From Rhizodiscina lignyota (taxonomy: Eukaryota), in assembly GCA_010015805.1 (NCBI GenBank), contig ML978140.1, positions 124,001 through 188,000 on the forward strand: 64,000 bases of DNA, written 5' to 3'. The position numbers and the translations under genes are program-made. Shown here in pieces: positions 38,915 to 53,757 of the stretch. Within the stretch, counting starts at the first letter, position 1. Every line of letters starts with the position of its first letter. The notes below the pieces were generated by a model. It was given only the letters and a program-made list of their open reading frames with translations. It was not told the origin of the DNA and did no database searches.

Positions 38915-41278
38915 TCAACCATGCTTCGGTGAAACCAACAATCCAGACTTGTCACTCTTGAGCGACACCTCCGCTACATCACCACTCTTAATCTGCCCTC
39001 TAATAATCTGGTCCGCCAGCCCATTACCAACCTCCTTCGAGATGAGCCGATTAAGCGGCCGAGCACCAAACCTCGGATCATAACCCCTCTCACAAAGCCA
39101 TTCCTTCACATCCTGCGGCACACTCAGAGTGATCCGCCGATCTTCAAGCCTCGCCTGTAGTTCTTTCAGTCTGATCTCCAGAATACCCTTCAACGCGTCC
39201 CTCGACAAGCGCCGGAAGATAATGAACTCGTCGATGCGGTTGAGGAACTCGGGTGGGTAATTGGATGCTACGACGTCCATGACTGCCTTCTTGACTTGCA
39301 GAGAGATATCCCCGGTGTCTTTGACTTGGTGGGAGTGCAGCGGCTCGTCGCCGAGGATGATGTCGGCACCCAGGTTGGATGTTAACACGATGATGGTGTT
39401 GCGGAAGTCAATCTTATGGCCTTGCGCGTCGGTGAGGAAGCCTTCGTCCAGCACTTGCAGTAAGAGGGCACTGATGTCTCGGTGGGCCTTTTCGAATTCG
39501 TCGAAGAGGAGCACGGCGTAAGGCTTACGGCGAACGGCTTCTGTTAATTGTCCCGCGTCGTCGTATCCAACGTAGCCCGCAGGACTACCGATGAGGCGGC
39601 TGACTGTGTGCTTCTCCTGGAACTCGCTCATGTCGAAACGCGTGACTGCTGTCTCTGTGGAGAACAGGAAATTCGCCATCTTCTTGCAGAGCTCAGTCTT
39701 ACCGACGCCAGTCGGTCCCAAGAACATGAAGCTTGCTAGCGGTCGATTCTCTCCGCTCAGACCTGCGCGTTGCTGGCGCACGGCATTTGCGACAGCAGTC
39801 AGCGCTTCGTCTTGACCTTTGACAAACTGTCGGAGCATGTCCTCCATGTTGATTAGCTTTTCGACTTCGCCAGCCATCAGCTTCGTCACCGGTATACCGG
39901 TGGCGCGACTGACGACATTTGCTATGTCGTCCGCTGTGACAGAGTCGTGTATCAAAGTATCTGCCGACTTGCCTTGGCCCTCTTTAGGAAGCTTCTCCTG
40001 TAGTTTGGGAATGGTGGCATAACGTAGCTCACCAGCCTTGGCGAAGTTTCCTTCCCGCTGAGCCTGCTCGAGTTCCAGCCTGGCCTTCTCAAGTTCTGAC
40101 TGGACTTTTTTGATGCCTTCAATCTCGGCTCGCTCTTTTTCCCATTTCTCGGTGAGAGTAGCCACCTCTGTCTGCTTCTCCTTCAGTCTTGATTCAAGCT
40201 TCTCGCGACGCTCAACAGAAGCAATGTCACTCTCTTTCCGCAGCGACTCGAGCTCGATTTGGATCGTCATGATCTGGCGGTCCAGCTCCTGGATGGGATC
40301 AGGCTTGCTCTCCTGCTGCAGTCTGAGGCTTGATGCAGCTTCATCAACGAGATCGATCGCCTTGTCAGGTAGGAAGCGGTCGGTAATGTATCGATTACTG
40401 TATGTGGCAGCTGCAACGAGCGCGCCGTCGGTGATGCGCACGCCATGATGAACCTCGTATCTTTCCTTGATGCCACGCAGGATTGATATCGTATCCTGCA
40501 CACTGGGTTCGCCAACGAGGATCGGTTGGAATCTCCTAGCCAGCGCTACGTCCTTCTCAATCTGCCGGTATTCGTTGATTGTCGTTGCGCCACAGCATTG
40601 AAGCTCTCCTCTTGACAGTGCAGGTTTGAGTAGGTTGCTGGCATCAATACTGCCTTCCGCCTTACCCAGCCCCAAGAGTGTATGCAATTCATCCACAAAA
40701 AGTATCACACCACCCTTGGCATCCTCCACTTCCTTCAATACTTTCTTGAGTCGCTCTTCAAAGTCGCCACGAAACTTTGCACCAGCAATCAGCTGTCCCA
40801 AATCCAATGACACAACACGCTTGTTCTTGATTGACTCTGGCACATCACCCCGCACAATCCGTTGTGCAAGCCCTTCCAGAATAGCAGTCTTGCCCGTCCC
40901 GGCAGCTCCGATCAAGACTGGATTGTTCTTCGTTCTGCGCGACAATATCTGGATTGTCCTGTGTATCTCCCCATCTCTGCCGATGACCGGATCGAGCTTG
41001 CCATCTTTCGCCCGTGCTGTCAAATCGACGCCGTACTCTTCCAACGCTGGCTTCTCCTGTCCACCGCCGAGGTTCATGCGATACGTTCCGCCGGGTTGTT
41101 GAGGGCCCTGCGCGTAGTGTCGAACGGCAGTGACGGTTTGGGGCAAGCGGTTCCATGTTGCTCTTACAATCGGCCTCGAAGCGGTCACCGACGAAACGGC
41201 GGGTCTCAACGATCGCGTGGTACCGAACGAGGAGGAGGATATTCGCCTGGAGGCAATTCGAGCTTTGCTGGAAAGCAT
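38915..41278 (-). CDS. HSP78: Mitochondrial ClpB-type disaggregase Hsp78
   Basis: Arg/Ser-rich presequence, no ClpB N-domain, two AAA modules ([16 protein letters not shown]), [21 protein letters not shown]. Confidence 0.95.
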   Translation of the reverse strand: MLSSKARIASRRISSSSFGTTRSLRPAVSSVTASRPIVRATWNRLPQTVTAVRHYAQGPQQPGGTYRMNLGGGQEKPALEEYGVDLTARAKDGKLDPVIGRDGEIHRTIQILSRRTKNNPVLIGAAGTGKTAILEGLAQRIVRGDVPESIKNKRVVSLDLGQLIAGAKFRGDFEERLKKVLKEVEDAKGGVILFVDELHTLLGLGKAEGSIDASNLLKPALSRGELQCCGATTINEYRQIEKDVALARRFQPILVGEPSVQDTISILRGIKERYEVHHGVRITDGALVAAATYSNRYITDRFLPDKAIDLVDEAASSLRLQQESKPDPIQELDRQIMTIQIELESLRKESDIASVERREKLESRLKEKQTEVATLTEKWEKERAEIEGIKKVQSELEKARLELEQAQREGNFAKAGELRYATIPKLQEKLPKEGQGKSADTLIHDSVTADDIANVVSRATGIPVTKLMAGEVEKLINMEDMLRQFVKGQDEALTAVANAVRQQRAGLSGENRPLASFMFLGPTGVGKTELCKKMANFLFSTETAVTRFDMSEFQEKHTVSRLIGSPAGYVGYDDAGQLTEAVRRKPYAVLLFDEFEKAHRDISALLLQVLDEGFLTDAQGHKIDFRNTIIVLTSNLGADIILGDEPLHSHQVKDTGDISLQVKKAVMDVVASNYPPEFLNRIDEFIIFRRLSRDALKGILEIRLKELQARLEDRRITLSVPQDVKEWLCERGYDPRFGARPLNRLISKEVGNGLADQIIRGQIKSGDVAEVSLKSDKSGLLVSPKHG

Positions 41279-41377
41279 TTTTGTGATTGGATTCGTGTTG
41301 GCAGTAAATCTAGGAGGTTGACCTCTCACGGGGAAAGGCTATGATATACACATGGCCATGTCACGCTATTCTGGCCC

Positions 41378-41415
41378 CTAGAAATTCCTGGGCTGCAAAT
41401 GAAAGCTCCAGAACT
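41378..41415. promoter_or_regulatory. Degenerate heat-shock elements upstream of HSP78
   Basis: GAAatTCC at 41381 and GAAagCTCcaGAA at 41401-41413 (nGAAn inverted units, one mismatch each), 100-135 bp upstream of the HSP78 ATG. Confidence 0.4.
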
Positions 41416-41642
41416 CGAGCGAATTCTCTCGACTTCAACGGTACGCTAGTCAGCTTTGGGCAAGGCCTGGATCCGCATGACTCAACTTGCAGGGCAGCTC
41501 GGAAGATGCCGGTGCGTCCCGCACTTGCGTTTTATATTCTGGCCCTTTGCCTCCAACTCTCCCTCTTTCTCCCATCAAGACACACAACGCGCACAAGCCT
41601 CACCAAAAGAGCCGATAAGATCTCTCTTGGAAGACTGTCATC

Positions 41643-42415
41643 ATGTCGAAAATCACAGTCGCCGGAGTGCGCAGCAACGTCAAGGAACTCCTCGAGTACT
41701 CCAACGAAACCAAGAAGCGAAACTTCCTCGAGACCGTCGAACTCCAGATCGGACTCAGTAAGGCCTGAACCTAACTGACCATCGCAAGCATCGAGATTTA
41801 GCTGACATTTATTTTCACCAGAGAACTATGATCCCCAGCGTGACAAGCGTTTCTCCGGTACCATCAAGCTGCCTCAGGTGCCGCGCCCGAACATGTCCAT
41901 CTGGTAAATATCAGCTATCACCTTTCAATTAAACTCATCAACTAACGCGCTCGCGCAGCATCCTTGGTGATCAGCACGATATTGATCGCGCCAAACATCA
42001 CGGCATCGATGCCATGTCCGCCGACGACTTGAAGAAGCTCAACAAGAACAAGAAGCTGATCAAGAAGCTCGCGCGCAAGTACGATGCCTTCCTCGCCTCC
42101 GATACCCTCATCAAGCAGATCCCTCGTCTCCTTGGCCCCGGCCTCTCCAAGGCTGGCAAATTCCCCACTCCCGTGTCCCACGCTGAGGACCTTGCCGCCA
42201 AGGTCACCGAGGTCAAGTCGACCATCAAGTTCCAGTTGAAAAAGGTTCTGTGCATGGGTGTTGCTGTGGGCAATGTTGGCATGATGGAGGATGAGCTGAT
42301 TGGCAATATCATGCTTGCTATCAACTACTTGGTCTCGCTGCTGAAGAAGGGATGGCAGAATGTGGGAAGCCTGACTGTCAAGGCTTCCATGTCGCCGCCC
42401 AAGCGTCTGTACTAG
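41643..42415 (+). CDS. RPL1: 60S ribosomal protein uL1 (L1/L10a), three exons
   Basis: [10 protein letters not shown]...[27 protein letters not shown]...[12 protein letters not shown]...[21 protein letters not shown]. Confidence 0.97.
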
Positions 42416-44102
42416 AGTGTTATCCGCTTCATTGCTGGTATGACACCTCTCTTTCTGCTAAAGGAGTGGGTACAGTGCTTGCAATGGCAATAGTAACTCT
42501 CACGGATCATCTGGGGAATTGATTGAAGGACGAGGAAGTTTGGCGCGATCAACTCACTCTATCGCGTACAATATAGTAGCTTTAAAAAAAAAAATAGAGA
42601 AACTAGATTTGGCTCTCTACATTCTCCTTACTATTTGCTACAACAGCCTTGATTGTGACATGCCCTGAAATTGGGGCCTGTGCGGGAAAATCTGAAGAAT
42701 TGGCATACGAAAGAGCTAGTTTCCAGTGAGCGAACACTACAGATCGATCACAGTTGCCTTTGCTCCGTAGCGCTTCGAACAAGCTTCCGTTCATTGAAGG
42801 CCCGGAGTAGCTATCTTGTCTGCTTTGAGAAGATTTACTTGTCGCCATTGCGGAAGAGAGACCCCGTTGTAAATCTCATACGCTCACGAGAAGCGAGCTC
42901 CGTAGTATTTTGATTACTCCAGTCTCTAACAGGACCGTAGGTGCTTATTCTATTAAGCAGTGCTCATTAAGAGGTGCTCACTCTGATCTTCTTGGACAAG
43001 AATTTTGTTGCGTGGTTCCGCCAATTTTGAAAAACACCTTCGCACGATCTGGACCGTCCCAAATTGATGCATTTTGCGCACACATACGAGACTAGTGACA
43101 CTTTATTGTTAGACGCACTAGAAGGGGCGCGCAAAGCGAGGTATGTTTAAACAATTTCGAATTTATCTTTCCGCAACTCTTGACAGCTAATAGCCTCCAC
43201 CAAATCGGTCTCACAGTTATCGCAGATCTCTCCCACTCTTCGAAGAAAGGTCCTCGAGCCAACTCAAAGTCCTTTCCCTCAATCCTCTATCATCCTGCCA
43301 TACAAAGCTCATATTTCACAGTGAAAAAGAATGTAGCACTCATCCCACAACTCCGATCCATCTGTGCACGGAACACACGTAGTTGGTAGGAAAGACGAGC
43401 GCGTCGTACTACGAGGCCGGGAACGGAAGGAAATTCATAGAGTGTGAATAACCCTCAGCATGTCGCGTTAGCGAAACCTCGATGGACTTTTGGTATAGTC
43501 CTCTACTGATGATGAAGAAGAAAGGAAAGGAGTGAGGTGCGCGGATGAAATTTTATTGGGTTGCCAAGAACTTTTCTGAGCTAGGCTTCAAAGGGATTGC
43601 CAAGGAAGCTTTGACACTAGTCTGGAAGAGGTTGGTGTGAAGAAAATTCGGGGCTAAGCTGAAAAGAGACAGAGAATCCGACGTCAGCCAGGGCGGCACA
43701 AGAGCTCTTCACGTTTCTCACTGGCAAGCCGCTGTCGCTCGAGAGAGACATGACGAGCAGACGTTCATATGCACATGACGGCTCCAAGACGGCTCCAAGA
43801 CGACAACGGCCCGGCAATACTAACAATGGCTTCGGATTCGGATCCTATTTGCCAAAAGAGCGCCCTGTTGTAAAGAAATTATTCAGCGTGACGCCCGGTC
43901 GTCATCGTGGAGTTCGCATTGCTAATAAGTCCTCAGCGTCTTTCTCGGCTGCCTTCTTTTTTTTTGTATTTGAATTACATCATTTTCGCGTCTTTACTTT
44001 TCATGAGTATGGAGTCTGTCGGACCTCAGTTGAGATTCTCATTCAATCCATCGTTTTCTGCGACATCATTTCGTAATATCTCATACGGCTTTCTAAACGA
44101 AT

Positions 44103-45867
44103 ATGGCATCAGAAGCAATTGAACATCAAAATGAATCCCGCTCTCCTCCCCAATTGGAGTCTCCACGACCACTCCAGGGTGAAAGAAAGAAAGACATCGA
44201 GATAAGAGACGGCAATGGTGTCGTCGAGGTGTCCGAAGAGGCAAGAATCGAGAGGCTTGGCCGCATGAGACCTGAAAGATTTCGCACCGTATGGGAAGAA
44301 ATAGGCTTTTGCTTCTCTGTGGTCATGTCTCAGGCACTTACGGTACGTTCACAACTACCGATGCGCGTTCGCCATTGAATAACCTCTTGACTGACGTTGT
44401 CTAGGAATACTTTGTCTCCGGCTTCAACGTAATCCTACCAACTGTGGCACAGGAATTGAATATTCCTAGACCGTCTCAGACGTGGCCAACCGCAGCTTTC
44501 TCCTTAGTGGTATCATCATTTCTGCTGACCTTCGGCCGATTGTCCGACATGTACGGCGGCAAGCTAGTCTACGTGTGTGGGATAGCATGGCTCTTCGTCT
44601 GGTCCATTGTCGCAGCCAATGCGCAGAATGAACTGATGATGGACTTCTGTCGTGCGCTGCAGGGCCTCGGACCTGCTGCGTACTTACCATCAAGCCTGAT
44701 GCTGCTGGGCAGTATATATCGTCCTGGTCCGCGCAAGAATCTTGTGTTCTCGATATATGGCGCAATGGCCCCGCTTGGATTCTATATCGGCATCTTCTTC
44801 GCCGGGGTAACTGCCGAGTTCGCAACCTGGAGTTGGTTCTTCTACATCGGAGCTATATTGACAGGCGTTACTGGAGTTATTGCGTATTTCACCATTCCGT
44901 CTGATACTAAAGAGAGGAGGCAGATGAATATCAAAATGGATTGGTTGGGGGCTGTTCTCATCTCCACTGGACTCATCCTCGTAGTCTTTGCCATCACTGA
45001 TAGTTCACACGCACCGAATGGGTGGGCGACGCCATATATTCCCACGCTTCTCGCTGTTGGACTCATCATCCTTGGAGCTGCCGTGTATGTCGAGGGTTGG
45101 GTGGCAGAGATGCCATTGCTTCCGGCGGATTTATTCAAGGTGAAATATATGACGCCTCTGATCATTGCGCTTCTTTTCAACTATGGCACGCTGGGCATAT
45201 TTTTACTCTATGCAACATTTTACATGACTTACATAATGGGTGGTTCTCCAATGCAGCTTGTGGCATGGTTCACTCCGATGGTTTGTCCCACTGTAGTCAT
45301 TTTAAGCTATTTTCAGTTAACGCATAACAGGCTCTCGGTGGTTGCATCATCGCTACTGTCGGCGGCTTCGTTCTCCACATCATCAGCGGCACCATTATCG
45401 TTATCATCGCCGGGGTCTCGTGGATCATTGCGCCCCTTCTTTTCGCCATCATGCCCGTTGACGCCAACTTCTGGGCTTACACCTTCCCCTCCATGGTCTG
45501 CGCGACGGTCGCAATCGACCTCACCTTCAACGTCACAAACATCTTCATCACTACCAGCATGCCGCTGCGCCGCCAAGGTCTCGCGGGCGCTCTCATCAAT
45601 AGTATCTTGCAGCTGGGCATTGCCATTTCGCTAGGCTTTGCGGACATTGTGGCGAGTGGCACAGAGGGCAAGGGGCTGAGGAGGAGTTACAAGGCGGTGT
45701 TTTGGTTTGAGGTTGCATGGGCGGTTGTGGCACTCGTGCTACTGGTGGGATTTGTGAAGCTTGATAAGGCGAAGAGTGAGTTGACTGCTGATGAGAGGGA
45801 GGAGCTGGAGATGAGGAGTAGACGGGAGCAGATGCGGGCGGAAGAGGCAGAGCAGGGCGATTCATAG
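44103..45867 (+). CDS. MFS drug:H+ antiporter (DHA2, Atr1-like), three exons
   Basis: FGRLSDMYG, RALQGLG, YRPGPRKN..FSIYGA.APLGF, MDWLGA, RQGLAGALINS. Introns at about 44343-44404 and 45281-45330. Confidence 0.9.
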
Positions 45868-46191
45868 CCGCAGAAGTAGGCATATGATCATAGATGGTCT
45901 ATATACTGCTACTGAGTGAAGAACTGATCTTTCAAGAAATATATTCACAACCATCCAATAAGCCCCATGACCAGACGGTTGGGCGCCAAGTTACGGGCCA
46001 ATCAGAACTCACCACCCTGCCACCTCTGCCAAGTATAAATTGCGTGCCGCAGTTTCGCCGACACACTGACACTTTTCAAGCTACTGCACTTTTCCCAATC
46101 CGCGTCAGAAACAGTCAGAACCTCTCAAGCAACCGCTTTCAACACCTCTCAAAGCTTTTTCTCTAGTCGTCTCCTTATATCAACCGACAAG

Positions 46192-47220
46192 ATGGGCTTC
46201 ACCGACTTTGTCTCCGACGCTGGCGTGACCATTCTGAACAACTGGCTCAAGACCCGCTCATACATCGTTGGGTACGTTTTTCTGCCTTCTTGATTTCAGC
46301 TTCAGCCTTTCCACGTAAAGCACTGTATTCCTCCATGATGATAGCAAATTGGTCCGTGTTGATGAGGCAGCCTCAAGACCTGCCGAATGACTATTCAATC
46401 GCGCGCAGCGCAGCTGTTGCAGCTCTGATTCCACTCCTACACTTTTTCGCTTCCTGCTCTAACCAAGCTCTTTGGCCGCCAAACTGACGAAAAATCTCCA
46501 ATGACAGTTACGGCGCCTCCCAAGCCGACGTCAAGGTTTTCCAGCAGTTCAAGTCTGAGCCCGACGTGACCAAGTACCCCTACGCCTTCCGCTGGTACCG
46601 CCACATCGCCTCCTTCGAGCCCGAGTTCGCTTCCCTACCGGGTGATCCCAGCAAGGCTGCCACTGCGTACGGTCCTGAGAGCGCCGAGCTGACGATCAAC
46701 CCCGCCAAGGCGCCTGCTGACGAGGAGGATGAGGATGTGGATCTGTTTGGCAGCGACGATGAGGAGGAGGATGCTGAGGCTGCGAGGATAAGGGAGGAGA
46801 GGTTGGCCGAGTACAAGAAGAAGAAGGAGGGCAAAGTTAAGCCAGCGGCGAAGAGTATGGTTACGTTGGATGTTAAGCCTTGGGGTGCGTCTCCCCTTCC
46901 TTTTCCTCCTCCATTTTATTCCCTCTCTGCTGTCTTCACCAACTTTGGTATGAACGATAGTTGACTATTTTTTTAATTTTTTTTCTGCAGACGACGAAAC
47001 CGACATGAAAGAGCTCGAAGCAAACGTCCGCAGCATCGAACAGGACGGCCTCGTGTGGGGAGCCTCCAAGCTCGTCGCGGTCGGCTTCGGCATCAAGAAG
47101 CTGCAGATCAACCTGGTCGTCGAGGACGAGAAGGTGTCTCTTGACGAGCTACAGGGTAAGATCGAGGAGGATGAGGACCACGTGCAGTCTACGGATGTTG
47201 CTGCTATGATGAAGATATAG
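46192..47220 (+). CDS. EFB1: Translation elongation factor 1-beta, three exons
   Basis: [11 protein letters not shown]..., [54 protein letters not shown]. Confidence 0.97.
46330..46433 (+). ncRNA. snR18: Box C/D snoRNA snR18/U18 in EF-1beta intron 1
   Basis: C box ATGATGA at 46335-46341; guide TTGGTCCGTGTT complementary to conserved LSU rRNA AACACGGACCAA; D' ATGA; D box CTGA at 46425-46428. Yeast snR18 is hosted in the EFB1 intron. Confidence 0.88.
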
Positions 47221-47578
47221 ATGCCTTTACTCTGGCTCCAAGATACCACGGAAGTGGAGGGTTGTGGTGCCGTCAAAGAGCATTTGCGCAGTTGGTGAAA
47301 TGGATAGACGATTTTTTCTTCGCTGCAAGTAAATGAGGGTCATGGGCTGATGAGTTTTATGCATGAGACTACATTCGTAGATGAGGAATGAAAAGAAAAA
47401 TGGACATGGTTGCCGAATCGATTGACCTTGAAAGGTTTGTTTAATCCAAAATGACACCGGGCTATGCTCTTTACTTGTACAGCTCTCAGAGCAGATCAAA
47501 TCCCAAAGCTAAAGCTCCCGTTGTCTGTCCCTGCAGATGCTCAATGCGAAGCTGAGCCTTCTGTAGAACCAATCACCC

Positions 47579-49188
47579 CTACTCCTCATCGTCATCATCA
47601 ATAACTCTCCTCCTCTTCGCCGCTTTCGGACTTGCCAAACTCTGACTCGCTCCCTCTTCCTCCTCGTCATCATCACCACCACTCACCTCCACCGCCCTCC
47701 TCTTCGGTGTTGCACTCCTCTCTCTAGGTCTCGCTCTCGCCTTCTCCCGCTCCTGTGCCTCAATCCTCTCATCAACATCTTCCTCACTATCTTCCTCAAC
47801 AATCTCCTCATCACTCCCGGCAATGAAATCATCCTCCTCATCATACTCATCCTCCTTCGTCCTCCTCCTTCCTGCATAGTCGTCCTCATCGCTGTACTCG
47901 TCCCGCAGACGACGCTTCTTCTTCGGCTTAGTAGGGCGGCCGCCGGCGTAGCGTTTTCCTCCGGCGCCGTCCTCGTGGTCTTCGAGGCCGCCGACGGTGA
48001 GACCGCCAGCGCCGCGTCCACCAGAGCGCCCGACGACACGCCCGTAGCGTTCGCGCTCGCGGTTTGCTTGTGTTTCCGCGCGGCGCTGCGCACGAATCTT
48101 CTCTTTCTCGGCCTGCTCGGCGCGCTTTTTAGCGAGTTCGGGGTCTTCGTGTATGTCATGCTCGAACTGCCCTGCCGCCACTAGCTCGTCCTTTTGGCGC
48201 TGTACTGCCGCCATGCTCTCCTGCAAGCGCTCAAGCGCATCGTCTGCAGCTGCAGCGCCTGCTGTGGGTGTGACTGACAAACCTGTCGTGAGCTTGTGCG
48301 TGAAACGGTGGAGCGCGTAGTCGTGGTGCGGGGTGGCGAGGTAGGTCCATGCGTCTTTGGCGGCGTCGTAGCCAGAGTGTGTCGCGCGCGATTTGGACTT
48401 GGGAGGCAGCATGTTGGGTGTTGGTTTGCGCGGATTGGCTTGGGGCGGGGCAAGCGGGTTTGCGGGAAGCTCATATTGGATCATTGGGTCCGAGGCCAGT
48501 TGCAGGGTTAGAGAGCCATCGGACCAGCGGAGGATGCGTGCATTGGATTGGGTTTCCGAGGGCGCGGAGGGGGAGCGTCGCCAGCGGATAGTAGTCATGG
48601 CGGTAGAATAGGCGGAGAAGGTTGCGCTGGGGGTGGTCTTGGAGCGGTGGTCAGTGTTGGGGGGTTTGAAGCTTTCGAGAGTGAACGCTTTGGGGTCGAT
48701 TTCGAGGAACGAGGGCAGTTTGAGGAGATACATCTAGGGCGTTGTTAGCAAAGGAATGGAGGAGAAATTTGGTATGATGGACATACCTCGCCGTCGCTGG
48801 GTTCTGGTTTCACGGTTCTTGCCAGGTCGAGCTCAACAATGTGTGATTCTTTCTGCTCACGGTATCGCGCCTCGTCATCCTCGTCTCGCATGCGGTCGTC
48901 GCGTCCGACGTCGTCGCCGGAATCGAGCTCTTCGTCGTCGAGCCGTCGCTGTTTCCTGTGCGCATTGTAAGTGGAACAGCAGATTCAGGAATGAAATATG
49001 ACATACTTTGGAATGTCATCCTCGTCTGCTTCGTCGCCAAACAAATCGTCGCCCAGAGCCTCATCATCGACTACGGCACCGTTTGCGCCAACCTCGCTGC
49101 CGGACGCTGATGTGCCCGAGTCTCTTGGTTTGACGGTCCCAGTGACAGTACCATCAGCTGTAGGCGTGTCATCTAAGGGCGACTCCAT
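47579..49188 (-). CDS. LEO1: Paf1 complex subunit Leo1, multi-exon
   Basis: Acidic N-terminus DDLFGDE, LPSFLEIDPKAF, TTIRWR, SNARILRWSDGSLTLQL, acidic/basic tail. Confidence 0.92.
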
Positions 49189-49674
49189 TGTATCTGCTTG
49201 CAACTGAAGCTGCTGATGCCGCCGTGAGGTTTTGCGAAGACGCGTTTGTTCAATGGAAGGGATGGGGTTCAAGAAGCGCAACGTGTATTAGCATGCGGGA
49301 TTGAGCCGCTTAGAGCGTATAGAAGGCAAGTATTATTTCGAGAAGAAGCTAAGGGAGAAGAGGAGGAGAATTGGGTGTACTATAAGTCACTGGGGACAAT
49401 AGGAAGTGGCTGGATTCACGAGTGAAAGTTCGGAGGAACTGCGGGAGTTTGCCCACACGCCATCCCCTTTCTGGACATTGAAAACGCGCATCTTAGGGGG
49501 AGCACAACCATCACCGCTTCACTCTCTTCACCAACACCACAATCAACAACACCAGGCGGCAAGTTCGAACGCGACTTGCCACATCTCTCCACCAGACAAG
49601 AAGTTGCGGATACTCGACTGCGGACACCTTGATCGATTGCGATCATATCTTTACGCGCCGACACGTCAGGCCCC

Positions 49675-51210
49675 ATGGCCTCGTTCTTCTCTAGCGTGTG
49701 AGTTTAAGTCTGCGTTGCTCAGCTTTTTGTGTAGCCTCAGCATGCCCGCTTGCATTAAATTCCAGGCCTCTACCGCTCTTTGTCAAAATCCCCTTTCAAG
49801 TCATTGGCCGTGTGATCGGCGCCAGTAGCACAAGGCGCGTGACCGTTGCATCGCAGTTTGCACGTTCTCTGTGCTTCTACGTTACAGGCCCTCTTCACTC
49901 TTATCTTTCTCCTCCTCCACCCTATTTCGCAGAGACTCAAAAACAGACTTGGTGGATTTGGACAGCCTCCATCATACGCTGTCCTCTGCCTCGAAATTTA
50001 TCCTGCTACTGCTCTTTGCCTGCTCAACTTCTCTCAACTCTCACTTCCGAACAGGTAGACCAAGATCGGTGGATTCTGACAATTTCTCTCTTCTCCAGTC
50101 GTCAAGGGTTCGGCCGCCAGTCGAACAAAAGCAACGCCCAGGCTCGTGGAAACGGACAGAACCTCCCTTCTCCTATTTCTCAAGGCTCCGGCTCTCCTCT
50201 GAGCGCCAACCTTCCTCCTGTCCCACATTCTCCAGGTCCAAACAGCGCCATGCAGTTCGAAACGGATCCCGGCGCCGAGCAGCAGGCGCCGCAGCAGCGC
50301 AAGCCTCCCTTCTTCTTCCGCGAGGAGTACTCCGGCCTCATTGTCAAGGGCAACTTCATGACCTTGGCTGCCAAGCCGGTTCATGTTGAGGAGGGCGAGT
50401 GGCTGGCTCATCAAGGTATGTATTCTCGACTTCATCGGTGAAAATTAACTCATAATCTCCAAAGTTGTCGAAGAATATCGACTACTCGACAACATGATCA
50501 AGATTGTCAAGACGGTCAATGAGAAGACGGGGGCGCCTATCTGCAACCCTAACTCTTGCCCTACAATGTCTGCGGCGGGGTTTGTATACACCGTCGATGT
50601 TATCATCCAATCAGATTTGGTAACTCTTGACAGTCACACCTACACCTGGCTCGACCAGCAGAAGCGTCCCATCAAGATCCCCGCCTGCCAGTACATCATG
50701 CTCGTGCAGAAGTGGATCGAGGGCAAGTTTGACGATCGCAACACCTTCCCGACCGACAACAAGGAGCCCTCCTCAGGCCTTAGCTCTGGCTTGAGCACTC
50801 CCGGCGCTGGCACTCCCATTGCCGCGGGCCCTACCAACGTCAGCGCATCACTCTCGAGTCTCGCAGGCAAGGATTGGCTCGGCAAGTCGAGCGGCTTCCC
50901 TGAGCATTTCGAGAGCGACCTCAAGAGCATCTTCCGGCAGATGATGCGTTGCTATGCGCACCTGTACCACGGCCACTGGCTTGAGCCTTACTGGGACCTC
51001 GGTTGCACGCAGTACCTCAACACGTGCTTCATCCACTTCATCAATGTCGGCCGTACCTTTGGCATGCTCGGTGACCGCGAGATGGAGCCCATGCTGCCAC
51101 TGATCCAGATCTGGGAAGCCAAAGGACTACTCCAGCCTCCACAATCGCAGTCGTCCAAGATGGATATCTCTCCCGTCACGGCTGCTCCTCCCCCCGGCAC
51201 GGCTTCTTAA
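49675..51210 (+). CDS. MOB2: Mob1/phocein-family kinase activator, Mob2 type, multi-exon
   Basis: IVKGNFMTLAAKP..VEEGEWLAHQ, CNPNSCPTMSA, YTWLD, FPEHF, IFRQMMRCYAHLYHGH, LNTCFIHF. The first exon MASFFSSV|RQGFG is inferred. Confidence 0.88.
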
Positions 51211-52310
51211 GCCTGACCTCACCAGCTCTTGCGCTCTACCCTTCGCGCGTTCTCCAACACTGATCGACTATCATCGACATGTTGCCCATCGTGGCTTCTC
51301 TATATGGTACAGTGTCCTTCCAATATATCCGAGTCTACTTATTTTATGGCATATAGCTTTCCAAGTGCATATGGGGCCACCTTTTCCTCTTTCAGCATGA
51401 TCATGGCACGGTATTGTCGAGAGATTCTGCGGGTGCGTTCAAAATTGCAATTTTGCTGCGATAACCTTTAAAGGTTTCCAAGGGTGCGTTTTGAGCCTTC
51501 ATGGTGGCGTTAGAGGTAGCATCGCACGACTCTGAATACGTCGGCGGAGTCTGGGTCAAAAGGACAATGAACACGGACGCATGATCTGTCCAGTTCTTGT
51601 AACGTAGACCACAAAGTTCAGCAATATTGCGGAAAATGCGCGACGCAAAATGCGCAGCGGGAATGAAAATACGGCTGCCTGATGAGCAGGCTAGGCTCTC
51701 ACTTTGCTCGTGTCTCAAGCTCGTCCCTTGTTGTAAATGAAGCCAGCTGGCTAATCGAATCGTTACTACTAAAGCCGTCTCCGCTCCATACTGTGCCAGC
51801 AGAATCAATCGAATCACTTCCCACACTATCAACATTCAACATCGAGAGCAAGGCCGTAGTTTTATACGCGCTTACATAATCGTAAGCCACGCCATTTTCA
51901 GCCGCGTGCGAATCCTTACAGCATCTCGACGAGCCGACCGCCTCAAAGACACAACAACAACCTCACCCAAGCACCTCCACCACAACTGCACCTCCAGCAC
52001 CACTTCTCACCGTCGTTTGAGGCCGTTTGCATTGCCTGTGAGTTGCTTTTGTGCTCCCCCGCACACATGCCCTGCCACGCCGAGCGCCGCAGGGCCACCC
52101 TACATTTCTGACCCCGTTGCGTTTTTGAACACGAAAAATCGCTACTCGTGCGACACTGCCGCACCTATCTGTTCCTCATCCTCAACAACACGCATACTCG
52201 TTGATCTCAAGGCTAACCGCTGTTTTCACCCGATAAGGCTTTCGACGTTCATATCTTCCTGGGCCGCTATCCGTTGGCAGCCCTCCTCCCTTCGAGATCA
52301 TAACAAGTAG

Positions 52311-53200
<890 letters not shown>

Positions 53201-53757
53201 ATTGCACAATAGTCCCGATTAGACAAGTCCAGTCAATCCAGCTGGAAACCAATCCGCAAGTCGATGGAAGATGGATGGAGACGAGCGGGCCTCACGAACG
53301 AAACAAATGGCAAGATTGCGATCCTTTCACTATGGTACATCGAGCAAAAAGAAGAGTGTAGTTGGGTTTTCAATTCTACCTCACCTCACTTGTGATGTGA
53401 TTTCGGGAGGGTGGAAGAGGTAGACTTTGAAAGAAAATGGATGGCGGATGGCGAGATGCTCTTTTTCCTAACCTTTTGCTGTCATACTTGTTACCATGGA
53501 GTTGCTTAGCTAGTGTCTGCACGCTGGTTTCTACCTTAACCTGCTTCTTGGGGGAACAATAGTGTTGTTTTTCCTTCAGGAATCACCCCTTTTTGTCAAG
53601 TATGGCTGCATGCAATGCTATCTTCCTGCTCCTTAGACTTTGTGCTTACTATGGATTACATTGTGATATTGATGCAATTGCTACTTTTCATTTCACTTAC
53701 TCGTCAGACTGCCATTTTCTGTCACAATATCAAAAGTCCCTTCCCTTGCGCAACTAA

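Noticed and set aside
41279..41329. N-terminal extension of HSP78 in the ORF track
   Set aside because: Starts at a non-ATG codon; the ATG at 41278 gives a typical mitochondrial presequence.
35337..41344. Long plus-strand ORFs opposite MSH5 and HSP78 (e.g. 35337-36158, 40626-41102)
   Set aside because: Antisense shadows of strongly codon-biased genes; no motifs.
43778..43803. 11-bp tandem duplication GACGGCTCCAA
   Set aside because: Only two units, no spacers; a simple slippage repeat, not CRISPR-like.
49698..50098. Long N-terminal part of ORF 49698-50441
   Set aside because: Lies in the inferred first intron of MOB2 (GTGAGT..CTGAC..CAG).
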